From Sphagnum compactum (Eukaryota): a stretch of DNA of 64,000 bases. The notes under the pieces are model-generated. The model worked only from the letters and a program-made list of their open reading frames with translations. It was not told where the DNA came from and made no database searches. Of the stretch, positions 1-12,204 are shown piece by piece (positions within the stretch are counted from its first letter, which is position 1; the number at the start of each line of letters is the position of its first letter). The position numbers and the translations under genes are program-made. Location: the NCBI GenBank assembly GCA_965153455.1, contig OZ234493.1:35702213-35766212 (forward strand). Direction: 5' to 3'.

Positions 1-1
1 T

Positions 2-106
2 GTTACTTTTGTGGGGTTGTTGAATGCATGCGCTAGAGATGTGCTTGAAGAAGGTAGGTTTGCCCACGAGCAGATCATTGAAACTGGATGGGATTCATTC
101 ATGTGA
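2..106 (+). pseudogene. 3' end or fragment of a PLS-class pentatricopeptide repeat (PPR) gene, running off the window start
   Basis: Frame from base 2 reads VTFVGLLNACARDVLEEGRFAHEQIIETGWDSFM*, a typical PPR L-motif (VTF..LNACA....LEEG...H..I...G..S). It stops without E/DYW domains. Whether it is functional cannot be judged here. Confidence 0.75.
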
Positions 107-764
107 TCTTTCGCAGATGTGTTAGTGAGTAGTATATGCATCATCAAGCATTCCAACAGTGCTTACTGCAGATGATCATGAACACACACTTGCTAGATGA
201 CAAACAACTTCTAGCATTTTTGTGAACCCTAAAATCTGTTCAGTGATCCATCCTCGTTCTGTTTCACTATTTGATGGAGGTGGCTAGCTTTGCAGTTCTT
301 TATCTAATTTTACTTGCAAGTCTTTACAATTGTTGCAAGCAGAGAATTTGTTGGGTGTCTTTTTTTGTTTTATTTTGTTTACTGTTTCTTGGTCTTTGTT
401 CTCTGTTTTGTCTTTCTTCTTTGGAATTCTCTGTGGCTGGTTGAAGAAGTGTTAACCTCGATTTGCATTGACCTCACATTCGTGCCTTTTCATTGTGTCT
501 CATCCTGTTCTCTTACATGCTATGGTTATTTTTTAGGTACAAGCCAAGCTTATTCTCAAGTATATCATTCCTGTCTTTCTGACTTGGAATAATAGATCTT
601 TATTGCAATATGGCAAGAAAATATCCATTTTTAAAAAACTTGTGAGTACAACAGACTATTATAGTTGGTTGACTATATCAATTTCAGGTTATAATCCATT
701 ATTCACTAAATTGAGATTGCTTCTAAGGTTTAAGTGATAATCCAAGGTTTGTGGAGGGTGTAAT

Positions 765-925
765 GGATATAGCAGGGAAAAGGTGCTTTAGTCTGGGCTT
801 GGTGGCAAGATTTGAGCCTGCAATATGGGATCAAGGTGCTTGGATGTATTAAGTGGTCAAGTTCTGTACTTGGAAGCACATGCATTTGGCATTTCTGCCA
901 CATGCATTGGTTGCTACTTTAATGG
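765..925 (+). pseudogene. Plant nitroreductase-family gene fragment with internal deletion and frameshift
   Basis: DIAGKRCFSLGLVARFEPAIWDQGAWMY then, in another frame, SGQVLYLEAHAFGISATCIGCYF. This matches the C-terminal part of plant nitroreductase-family proteins, but the PRLFWETG-like segment between the two halves is missing. Confidence 0.75.
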
Positions 926-1134
926 TGCAGGTTATTTTCTCCCTTTCTACTTGTTCCCAACTTTGCGCCTTGAGCTACTTAAATCAAAGTCCTATGTGTA
1001 CAATATCTCTATTTGTGAACAATCCTTATATGGACCTAGATCAAGATTGCAATGCACACTGCTATAATTCAACTGGGAAAGACTTTTTTATTGTTTTCAT
1101 CTGCATGTTTACATTTTGGATGTTGTGAGAGCAG

Positions 1135-2046
1135 ATGAGGACAAATTTGTCATGCTTGTATCAGGGTCAAAAATTGGAGGAAAATCTACAAATCTTCTTG
1201 AATTGCAACTGCTTCTGGATCACTTGACTGGTCATCTTGGTGAAGAAGAGGTTTGATCTATGCCCCAAATCAGTTTCTTGAGTTCATTGAAATCACAATT
1301 CTTGAAGGTAGGACCATACATTGTAGCTTTAATTTGGCAATGGTGGATTGGCATATCTGCACCTCTTCTAAGTTTTGCCATGTATCAAACACATGGTCAT
1401 CATATATATATTACATGGGGTAGCCTGATAAGGGTTTTACTTTTATCACAGCAGTAAGTAGGGATGGGTGTTAGACGCTGGTCCACATGCAGCAGCTCGT
1501 GCGACAGGCTTCGCTCCAATCCATTGGTGCTATGGTAGGAATTGGCATATCAGCCAATGAAAAGTGTCATATACATTGGTATACAGTGGATATGGATGGG
1601 TTGTAGTGGAATCTTCAAAGGCATAACATGATTGTGGATTTGCTTGATAACTGTGAAAGATTGACCAGGATCCAAAGATGGATGGTGATTACAGGAGTAG
1701 ACTTTGAGTTGTCAGGTTATGATGTTGTCATTGCTAGAGGTTTTGTCAACTTGCAAACAAACTTGTTGAATGGCCAAGTGCGTTGAGAAACTATCTTTTT
1801 CTGCATCTTTTGTTTGGTTGCCTTTTTCTCATGGATTATCCTTCTCCAATCCCGTTGATGTAATCTCCTTCTTGTCCCTCATGATCTTTTTTGTTCTATC
1901 TAAACTTGTGATGTCATATAAAATCACCTTGCTTCAAAGAGCAAGAAGACTAATGCATTGGTTTTGTGGACGACAGCCATTGTCAGCAGAGGAACAGGCC
2001 AAGCTTGTGGAATCTATCAAAAGAACTTGATTTAGCACTAACTCAA
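1135..2046 (+). pseudogene. POLD2: DNA polymerase delta small subunit fragments (two exon remnants)
   Basis: An AG..GT-bounded exon at 1135-1250 encodes EDKFVMLVSGSKIGGKSTNLLELQLLLDHLTGHLGEEE. At 1968-2046 the sequence reads GRQPLSAEEQAKLVESIK / ELDLALTQ with a +1 frameshift. Both resemble successive plant POLD2 segments. The other exons were not found. Confidence 0.75.
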
Positions 2047-3959
2047 GCTGTTGTGTTACATTCAAATTGCTATATGGAGAATTTTTCTGCAATTTCATAA
2101 ATTAAAGGTTAGTGAAAAAGTCTTCATGCCACAAAGAGATGATGGTTAGACTTTGATTTTGAAGCCAGATGAAAAGTTTCACGTTCAAATTTGTGAGAGA
2201 GCCCTAACAATCATATCTACTGTTTGGGATTCTCTTGTGATTAGGTGCAACATCTAGATTATTTTTCAACTTAAATTGTTGGTGCACAAAATGTTCACAA
2301 CATATAAACATGGGCAGTAAAAGTCATGGGGAGAAGGTCTCTAAGACCCTTGCATGGCACCTTTTTTCCCTAAGCCTGTAATGTCACATTTTTCTATTAT
2401 AGAATTGTCATTGAAGCAAAAGGCTCAAAGTTCCTCCAAAGCATATGTGAAGGTATAGGCACAAGCTGGAGTCTACAGCGCCTTGTGTATCTTTGCTATC
2501 TATTTATTCATGATAAGAGGGAATTTGATGGTGTGTCGACATATAGGTCTGTTTAAATGTCAAAACATACTTTTGAGTTTTTTCTTCAGAGTTCTCATAG
2601 GCCTAATGTATTACTTACTTGCATGCAATCTCTAAACAATGTGCGTTGCTTGGAGGTAGATTTTGACTCCCAAATTTCACTGTAAAGTAGAAACGTCCAA
2701 GGATCTTCCTTGATGGGGGAATGTGCCACTATATCATCCTCGTGAAGGATTCAACATCAGAAAGTGTTTTTCTTTCTGACCAGTTTTGTACAAGATGTCA
2801 CATGACTCCAAAGAAAGTGTTTGCAGGGTTGAGAGTTATTGCTAGGCAGCACTATCATACATTGGGTAGGATATGGTCACCTATCATATAACTTCCAGCT
2901 CTGGGCACATGATTATCTAAACAATAAACAGTCACCTTGTTTATCATTTGTTGTCGAAAACAAGCTCAAGATTTGCATTTGTTAATTTGCTCATTAGTAC
3001 AATTAAAGTTTGCCGAATTGTTAGAGCCTTCACACTTCCCTTGCATCCTTGCAGGTATGCCTAATAACTCAATGTTGCCACATAGCTTGAACACTAAACT
3101 AAAAGTCATTAGCACAATGAAAGTTTGCCAAATTGCTTTAGCCTTCACACTTCTCTTACATAAGATTTATTCATTATTTTCAATTGATTAGCATTTAAGC
3201 TTTTTACGAGATAACAAGATAATTTTCATAAAGATCCAGGCAACCTTGCAGGTATGCTTAACAAGTCAATGTTGCCACATAGCTTGAACACGAAACTAGA
3301 ACTATAGGCATCATAATATAGGGGACAAAAAAATATAACAATGTCAACAATATTTTCACACATGGTACTTTGCCACCTCAAACCATCCGGCCTAAAAAAT
3401 AAGGGCCAAATTAACAACATTGAGAGATCAAAAAAAAATCGCAAGTAGGGACTAGTTGTTAGGTCTCATTTTATCTTGACTATTATTAGTCATTGAACAA
3501 AATGATTAGTTGATAATGACCTTGATGATTGATATACAAAACCTATTGGTTATTACTTTATTAATACATACCGTACCTATGACTGATGTTTGGCACAAAA
3601 TAATTTACAATAGGTTTAGCTGAAAAATATTTTGTTGTTGAAATTTGTTGAAAATTGATGCCCATTGAGCTACTATTACAAATACAAGGTGTACTTTGCA
3701 TGCCTATTCCTCATATGTTAACATTTGAAACTACTGACCTCATTTGTAAAATAAAAATAGATTAATATTCAACAAAGAAATGTCAAATATTAGTAGTAAG
3801 TATTGTATTTAGTTCCCATGGAACTCTAGTCTAATTCAAACATCTTGAATTTCAAAGTACTAATTATGAAAAAAATTATGTTTTACTAAAGGATTCTCAT
3901 GTGGTATAATGTTTTTTTTAATGTGGTTTGTGTTGTGAAGTTCCTAATGCCACCTAAAG

Positions 3960-5051
3960 AACATAGAGTTATTGATAATGATGGTGTCTATGCTGCTGTA
4001 GGACGCCAGATACGGTAACGTCAGGTTCAGAGATTGTCCTCGTGGCCACGACTCTGCGCTTTGCATCACTAGCTCCGGTACCATATCCCCCGGACTCGAT
4101 ACATTCACTGGAGTCGTCGTGTTGATCGCGAAGCTCGAGATTGGATTCACTTGCTGTATATCGTTTTGCCACTCACGATCATACTTATCATACGGGTACC
4201 TGCAATATATATATACAACTTTGTGAGGTTTCATGTTGGTGCTAATTAAGGGTCTCTTTCCGTTAGGCTGTTCTCATGATCACGCTTACACACACTGTGC
4301 TGCGAGCGATCACAGCGACCTCATGGAAACTTGAGATTAAGCTGCCTACATAGGACCTAATTTCTTCTTGCGCTGACCAGTCGCTTTCCATTGTAGAGTT
4401 GCAAGAGCATTGAAAAAAATATGTTTTGAATCGTGTTAGGAACTCAGGGAACACATATAATTCCCATGAGAAAAGGACAGATGTCCCTGTTATATATAGT
4501 GATTCTTTTAACTCTTGCAATTGACCAATGCTTCACCAGTAGAGTTGTGAGATGACATAGTAGAACACAGCTAGCTAGCTGAAAAAACATAATGAAAAGC
4601 TGTTGTGATCACAGCGGTCTAATGGAAAGAAAGCTGACCTTTGAAGTATTTCACTCGCACTCGCTTTTTGGGTTAAACAGGTTGACTAGGCTAATGAGTG
4701 AGAGAATGCTTAGTAGTACTGAGTAGTGTTACACAGTGAGACAATGCTGCTTCAAGACCAGCTCTCGGCGCTGTTTCAAGGAGATTGCGAGGAGTTTTTC
4801 TAGCTAGATGTACCTCATGATAGGTGTGGAGCCGCTGAAATTGGCATGATAAAGATTGAACAAGTAGGAGCCTTGTTGCACAATCCTATACATGTTGGCG
4901 GTGTCAAGAGGCCTCAACTCTAGAGAAGATATGAAAGGGTCGCCAGTATTTCGCGCAAGACAAACATAAATAGTGTCTTTGGTGGCGGACAAGTAGCCCT
5001 CATAGTATTGTACATTATTCTCTGCGAAGCCTGTAAAATCAATTTGGCCAA
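3960..5051 (-). pseudogene. Two-exon fragment of a malectin-like domain (LRR-RLK, IOS1/SymRK-type ectodomain)
   Basis: Exon 5051-4814 encodes ...YYEGYLSATKDTIYVCLARNTGDPFISSLELRPL...PIMR. After a GT-AG intron, the exon starting at 4199 encodes YPYDKYDREW...PELVMQSA. The PFISSLELRPL and RYP.D.YDR.W motifs are diagnostic. No signal peptide, LRR or kinase exons were seen. Confidence 0.8.
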
Positions 5052-5084
5052 CTGAAAATTATTAAAATACATACATAATTTATA

Positions 5085-6008
5085 TGTCACAATCCTAGCC
5101 TTGGGCTTACGACCAAAGCAAGGGCATGGAAAGGTGCGGGCCAAAAGTGCAACTCGGGAGTCACATTCACACTCCCGAGAGTGTGATAGAATGTGAAGGA
5201 ATGAACTCACACACTCCCAAGTGGACTCCCACTTTGGGAGTTGGAGTTCCTATGAAGTCTTGAATTTTTAGAGAGCGATTTGAAAGGTCAAAATTCATTA
5301 GATTGCAGACTTCCTTATATCATTGGAAAGTTCTTAAGACTTAAATATTTTAAATGAGTTTGCATGATCCATTTGAACACTTACAACACAAGTTATGGCC
5401 GAAAGAAAGGTCACGAATCGATGTGTCAATTTGACTCCCGACCATTAAAAGTCAAGAATCGCCCTAAATGATGTGCGTGCAGGTGATGTGTCACATATTC
5501 TTGAAAAGCTCTTGACGAAAGCCACAACTTTGTTTCAAACCTCACTTTAATCAAAGGTCTGCACATGAAATTATGAGCTTCCAAAATGGCGGGAATCCCA
5601 GTTTCGAGAATTTCGAGACTTTCGACTTAGGAGTCTTGAAAAAAAAGACATTTGGGTGCAACCTTCGTGGCCAGTCATAGAAAATACTATAAGGGGGAAG
5701 GTGATGGCTTCCCCCAAGTCCAGGCTATGGTGAATTTTTTGAGTTCGTGTATGTTCATGACTCATAAATGCACTAGAAAATGTTCCAACTATACTAACCA
5801 ACTTGTTGTTTGATTTGTGCATATCCATATAAATAATTGACTCGCTTGCCATTCATTCTAGTCCCTATCCTAAAGCTCCAGCATGCCCCTATTACCCCCG
5901 AAGTGCTACAAGCAAAAAAACGTACCCTAATTTCTTCTTCCACCGTTTTTATTTTGAAACTTACATTTGAAATCTTTCAAGGAGTTGGGGGGGGGGGGGG
6001 GGGTGTCA
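5085..6008. mobile_element. Solo LTR of about 924 bp with 5-bp target-site duplication
   Basis: Begins TGTCAC and ends TGTCA (TG...CA). Flanked by TTATA at 5080-5084 and 6009-6013. No coding capacity. Confidence 0.85.
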
Positions 6009-6460
6009 TTATACAATTTCAAAATTGCAGCAAATGTTTTACACTTTTGCACACATGTTTTTATCACAACAAAAAAATTGCATTAACTATTTTTCATGTT
6101 TAAAAATAAAAAATGACATGTAAAAACAAAACAAAATTAAAAAATCCATCAAAACTATTTTTTCGAGCTTTTCTTCTATGCTCTATTGTATCTTATTACA
6201 ATTCCCTTAGAAACTTTTCATGGAGAAGAAAAATTTGAATCTTCCTTCCAAAATCGAATTTAGATCTTTGATTGTCACTCTAATCTACCCTAATCAACCT
6301 ATAATACCTAATTAGCCCTTAATATATTTTAATCTCCCTTTACCATGGTTTTTTTTTAAAAATTGTCAAATAATTGGATTGGCCCTCATCTAGAAGAAGA
6401 ATAAATCAAATTGTGTTAGGCCAAGACAAGAAAATATAATTTTTTTGGAATCTTGCTTTG

Positions 6461-6751
6461 CTTTTGTGAACTTCACGAATTCATTGTCTAAAAATGACGA
6501 CTTCTAATTTTTTATTAAAAAAATATGGCAACCTTTGTGCATTTTTTCCAAATAAACCTTTTGTGAACTTCAAGAATTCATTGTCTAAAAATGACGACTT
6601 CTAATTTTTTATAAAAAAAATATGGCAACCTTTGTGCATTTTTTCCAAATAAACCTTTTGTGAACTTCAAGAATTCATTGTCTAAAAATGACGACTTCTA
6701 ATTTTTTATAAAAAAAATATGGCAACCTTTGTGCATTTTTTCCAAATAAAC
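6461..6751. repeat. 97-bp tandem repeat, 3 near-identical copies
   Basis: The unit CTTTTGTGAACTTCA...CCAAATAAAC starts at 6461, 6558 and 6655. Confidence 0.95.
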
Positions 6752-9700
6752 CGTTTGTACACTTCACAAGGGGTTTCTTCTTTCACAATGGTGTGACATT
6801 TCCTCCAAAAAAATAACATTACAATATTAGTTTTATAGGGAGTGGTGGGCATCCAAAGTGGTTTTGTTTTGGGCCCCATCACAAAATACTAATTTGAACA
6901 CTAAACATGCCCAAAATGGAGTAATGTAAAATTTCACTTTTCCCATGTTTATAACTTGTGACATTTGAGCTTTGAGCAAACCTTATCAGATAAATTGTGC
7001 TAGTGTTGAGTGCATGCTTTCATGTATATCAAGGTAGGGTAGATAAGTTAGTGGATGAACATTTAAGTTCTCTAAAAGTGTTATCCACTCTTTCATCACC
7101 CAAGGGTTTAGGTAGCCCTTCATTAGGAGCCCCAATAATTGTTTATAGACTTTCATTGGGGTTTAAAACTAGCAAGATAAAACCTTTCAAAGTAGAGGGG
7201 GTTGAAAAAATATGAAACCTTTTGTGAACACATATTCTTTCATGTGTAACTAAAACACATTTTATAATTGGATATGACAAATTCATACACAAACAATATC
7301 CTTGGACTATTACCAAACAATGTGGACTTTATTCCAAACAATTCCATATAACAAAAACACTTGTGGATAGGCACAATTTGCCCTTGAAGAAGTGATAACT
7401 ATGACAAGTAATTACCCATTACCAAACAAAAAGAGGCAAATGAACAAGAAAAATGTTTTAGCATAAGCGTTTTGAAGGTTATTGACAAACATCAAAACAA
7501 GATCTTTGAATGAAAGGTTTTAAAACCCCAACCACAAGTTTTAGGAGGTGATTGTTTGATTTTAAAATGTCATTGAACAATTACCAGTTGAGGGGTGTTT
7601 GCTCAAGTCATCTTTTGAATTGTGTAGGTGTTCATTCACTCGTGAGTGAATGTTCGGCAATGGGTGGTAAAACTCTAGATGCAATGATTTACATGTGGCA
7701 TTTTTAATGGGCATATGGAATGATACAAAAGAGTAAAGGGCCTTTAACAATGATTAGGTATGGGGATGAATTGTTTGACTTGTAAAGTCACTTTATTCCT
7801 TTGTTTATCATCAAACTATATGGTGCATATTGAAAGTCCCAAATTATCCAAATTTTAATATTTTAATTGTGATCCAAGCCTTTTGTTCATTTATGCTAAT
7901 CATGGACATATTGATGCAAGATATCTGACATAATAAACACTCAACTTATATGGATACCATATTTGTGTCAACATCTTAAAAGCACATATGCACATGTTAA
8001 AACACAAAATATGACAAAAAACACATGAACATTCAAATCCACATTTTATGTATATCATACTTCCTTGGATGACAATTATGCAAGGGAATGCACAATATCA
8101 AATGTTGTACTCCATAAGCAATTTGGAATCACAAACACAAAGGACTACAACAAAAATTTGAATTTACGTATATGCAAAACTTAGACCAGACTAGTTGGGA
8201 TGCCTGTGGTTTTCACACGTGTCAGATGGTAAAGAATTAGGTGAATTTGCATATGTGCAAAAACTAAGCCAAACTTGGTAGTTTGGATGCCCATGGAAAA
8301 ACCCAAAGAACTGCCACCAGTTGGCCTCAAGGTACAAGTGCAAATTGTGGAAATTCTCACCTTTTGCAGTTTGTTATCTGCAGTTCCTTTGACATGAGTG
8401 CAGAGGCTCTGTACCCAACCTTCAAACCTGTAAAAGAGAGGTCAAGGAGGAAAGCAACAGTCAATATGATATTGGAATCTCTGAGACAGCTTCCAGCACA
8501 GAGGACAATTCATCATGAAGAGAACAAGAAATGATAGAAATGTATGCAACAAGGTGGGACTTTGTTAAACACAGCAACCAAAAGAAATGCATGAGATGAA
8601 CTTCTTCCGACAATGATTGACAATCCATATACCACTATCAGTCTCATAATGCTGAGGAATTGAGCATTGTGAAACCGAAAAATGATTTCAATAGTAAAAA
8701 TGACCAATAGTTCACATACTGCTTTTTTGACTGAAGCAAATTGGGAAAGACACCCTAACACTTGTTCAACTGAACATTCCCTGGATGAGCTCCTTCCTGC
8801 AAGCTTGATAAGGACCTGGCCTCAAAAAATGAAAATAAAACAGCAATAACACAGATCTATAAACAGATGCAAAAAAAGAAGCTCCATGAAAAAAAACACT
8901 CCTTGACAGAACAAAACTCCTGAACAAGTGCTAAATCAGTGCCCCCACATACATTGTTAATTTTTACATGTAGCAGAAGAACTACTACACAACAATTCCA
9001 TAGAAAGAACACAGGCCTTGAAGATTTGTCAGCATGGAAGCTTGGAGTGCATCTCACGATCACCACCTTGAGGACTGCACACAATCCAGTCCAGAACATC
9101 CACAGCACACTTTCTCCTGTGATAACATTGTTGGTACAGAAATCTGTACAGAGAAGACTGGAGAAATCAGCAGGATTCACTGTTAGAGCTTGCAAATCTG
9201 TCCATTGCATCCACATAAAAGGTCAATTCAGTGAATTTCAAAATTGTGCAACACAATCAGGAAAATGCACACAAACCACACATGCTACACACCATGAGAG
9301 CGTGCAAAGAATGGTCTTAAGAGAGAAGTCAGAGTAGGTTTGCCATTGAGAGATCCCAAAAAGGAATGCAAGCACCTTGAAGCTATTCTGCAACAGTTAT
9401 TAGTCCGTTTGTTCTTGGTCTCAGAGTTACCTTGACGAAAGTGCAGTCCACAAGGGTCACCAATGGTTTTAGATAGTTGCCCCAAAGATATAGTTGTGAC
9501 AACAGACTCCATATCTAGAACCTAATTCAGATCTGTCAATTAAGTGCCAACTCAAACTATTCTTGTGTTCACAACTTTCTGCAATTCATCCTTTGCATGA
9601 AAGTCTTTTCTTGCATCCTGCCCATCTTTGATGACTGGTAACCCAGCTGGAGCCAACTGACTAGAATATCCCAGGAGTGACCTATGCTTTCACAAAATCC

Positions 9701-10017
9701 ACTGCAGAAGGAGAGCACTCCAGGCAAGGTTTGAAGACAAAGATGGTTTATATGGGGTCATTTATAATCCAGATTGTTGTCTGATATTGGCAACAATAAT
9801 AGGGCTCTCTCATCATGTCCTGGGAACTAAATAGTTTAGGGTCACATCAGGGCCCAATCTGAAATAATTCAGAATTTAAGTTTATCCTCAGTAAGCAATT
9901 AACAATTCAAAATGAAGCACAACTTATTTTGGCTGCAACTGTATCACACTGATCCTTACTTCAGACCTTCAGTCTCTTGTCCATTTATGTCCTTTCATGT
10001 ACTACTCCATACATGAA

Positions 10018-12204
10018 CTACTTGTGCTTACCAAAACGTCTGTTGCGCTTTTGGTATTCCAACAATGCATCTTTCAACTGGGCCTCCCCAAAGTCTGGCC
10101 ACAAAGAATCAACAAACAAGAACTCCGAGTAGGCAGTCTCCCAAAGCATGAAGTTACTAATGCGTTGTTCCCCACTAGTTCGAATCAAAAGGTCAGGATT
10201 GCGACCCTCCCCTACCCAGCTTGTCTTCAGTTCCTCATCAATGGCTGCCTCTGTCAAGTCCTCTGGACTCATCTCCCCATTCTGTACTCGGGCCATGAGT
10301 CGTTGACAGGCACCAACTATGTCTTGGCGCCCACTGTAGCTCACTGCTATGCTCAGCTTGAGGCCTGTGTTGTGCTGTGTGGCCTCTTCTAAGGTCGCTA
10401 TCATTTTCCTGAGTGATGCGGGTAGCATTGAAAGGTCACCCACACAACGAACTTGAATGTTCTCACTGATTCAACCACAAGACATGAATCCACAGTTTTA
10501 GTTCCAGTGCTGCTCCTAGACTTTTGTGTTCTAGCCTATCAAGTTGAACACTGTGCAAGTCATGGAGAGTCACCTCACTAATTAGTTTACAGCTTCTATG
10601 GTTATCAGGTCTATGAATTGCCAATATACTCTAAAACTTGTCACATTTTACTCACACCAGGTATACAAAGGTGAAGTTCAAAGCCAGTGAGAAAAACTAA
10701 TTATTGACAACATAAGCAGTGTGATTACTATCATGTGGATGCCATGCGAAAAAGAACACACTTGTTTGCTGTTTCAGAAAAACGGCACAGTTTCAGGGTT
10801 ACAAAATTCTCAAGAGGTAAGAAAAATTTAGGCTTAGCTCATGTGACTCATATTATGGAATCTAGAGTCTTCAAAAGATAAGCAACAAACTCTGCAGATA
10901 ATAGAACACCATGCTTGCACACACATGTTGCTGCAGGCTGCCTGAGAAGCTATGGAATATTTTCATCTAGGGTTCTCATGGCATACAATGCTAGTCAGTA
11001 TACTTAAGAGCTACTGAGTGCATGGTACTCTTGAGAGTTCAGTAACAAGGAAGTGTCAGATACACCAGCTTAATATCCAACAAGAATGGCACAGTTCCCA
11101 ACAACAGTTGCATCCACAGTAGCATCCTGCTGTGTACAGATACCATCGGTAGCAAAGAACACATCCAGGTATATTTAAGTTCTTCACCTAGTACGATCAG
11201 AGTGTGCAATGCACAGCACACCTTCACATGAAAATTGTGCTGAAACTGACTTTACTAATGGTGCCCATGGACTCTGAAGACATGCAGTGGCAACATTGAA
11301 ATTATTCTGGGAGTAGAAATGCAAACTCACTCAGGCATAGTGTTGAGCTGTTCTTGAAAAACCCTCTCAAACAACTCCATCAAGAAACCAACTTCCGTCT
11401 GCACCACCACAAACCCATTCCTGGTTACAATATCACATATTCGAGTTTTATAATTCACAAATCTTTGCAGGTTTATGAGCAGGTTACTACAAGATCAGTT
11501 TATGTGTGATGTTTGCACTTGGGACCCCTTTGATGCTCAGCCCTACATGTATGCGATACCTCAATAAAACTCCTGCACTTGAGATGAGTTTGACTCTGCA
11601 AAGGACAAAGAGCTCTATAGCACTTTGATTGTCTACAAGCTCATACATGTGTTGAGGTAAGTCTAGCACACTCTTAAGATATGCTTGCTGCAGCCCTGAA
11701 TCTCTTGCAAACTTCATGACTCAGTACCTTTGGGCGAAGCCAATTCTCTGTGGAGAAAGCAAACACGGTGAGCACTTCAATGCCCCATTTCTGTGATAGC
11801 TTCACCACTTCCTTCAGAGCCCGCACCCCAGCTTCATGGCCGACGCTTGCTGGCCACCCTTGCCTCTCTGCCCATCGTGAATTGCCATCCATAATTATTG
11901 CCACGTGCCTGGGCATCCGCGACGGGTCCAGCTCTGTCGGTAATTCCCGCATATCCACCGCATCACAACAAGCCAGTGCGTTGACTCCTGCCCAACCTAC
12001 CGAACGACACCGCCTTAGATTCGGGATCCGCGAAGGCAGACAGCAGACGCAGCAGGAAGCATTCACGTATTTCTGGTGGGATACGGACGAAGATGGCGCT
12101 ACGAAGAAACTCGAAAATTCGCGAGGCAGACAACACGGGAGCGGCGACAGAGAGCGAGAGGTGACGCCAGAGAGAAAGGATGAAACCGGCAAACCCGGAA
12201 GCAT
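10018..12204 (-). CDS. CPT: cis-prenyltransferase (undecaprenyl/dehydrodolichyl diphosphate synthase family), probably plastid-targeted; exons 12204-11728, 11398-11331, 10465-10018
   Basis: Motifs PRHVAIIMDGNSRW, GHEAG, VFAFSTENWLRP, EVGFLMELF, YSGRQDI, PDLLIRTSGEQRISNFMLW, WPDF and RRFG. GT-AG junctions keep the frame. The Ser/Cys/Arg-rich N-terminus resembles a transit peptide. The start ATG is inferred as the first in-frame ATG. Confidence 0.95.

Noticed and set aside
5571-6103. ORFs within the solo LTR
   Set aside because: Chance ORFs in non-coding repeat sequence.
8200-9900. Several 75-132 aa ORFs and exon-like segments downstream of CPT
   Set aside because: No recognisable protein. 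Probably 3' UTR or intergenic sequence.
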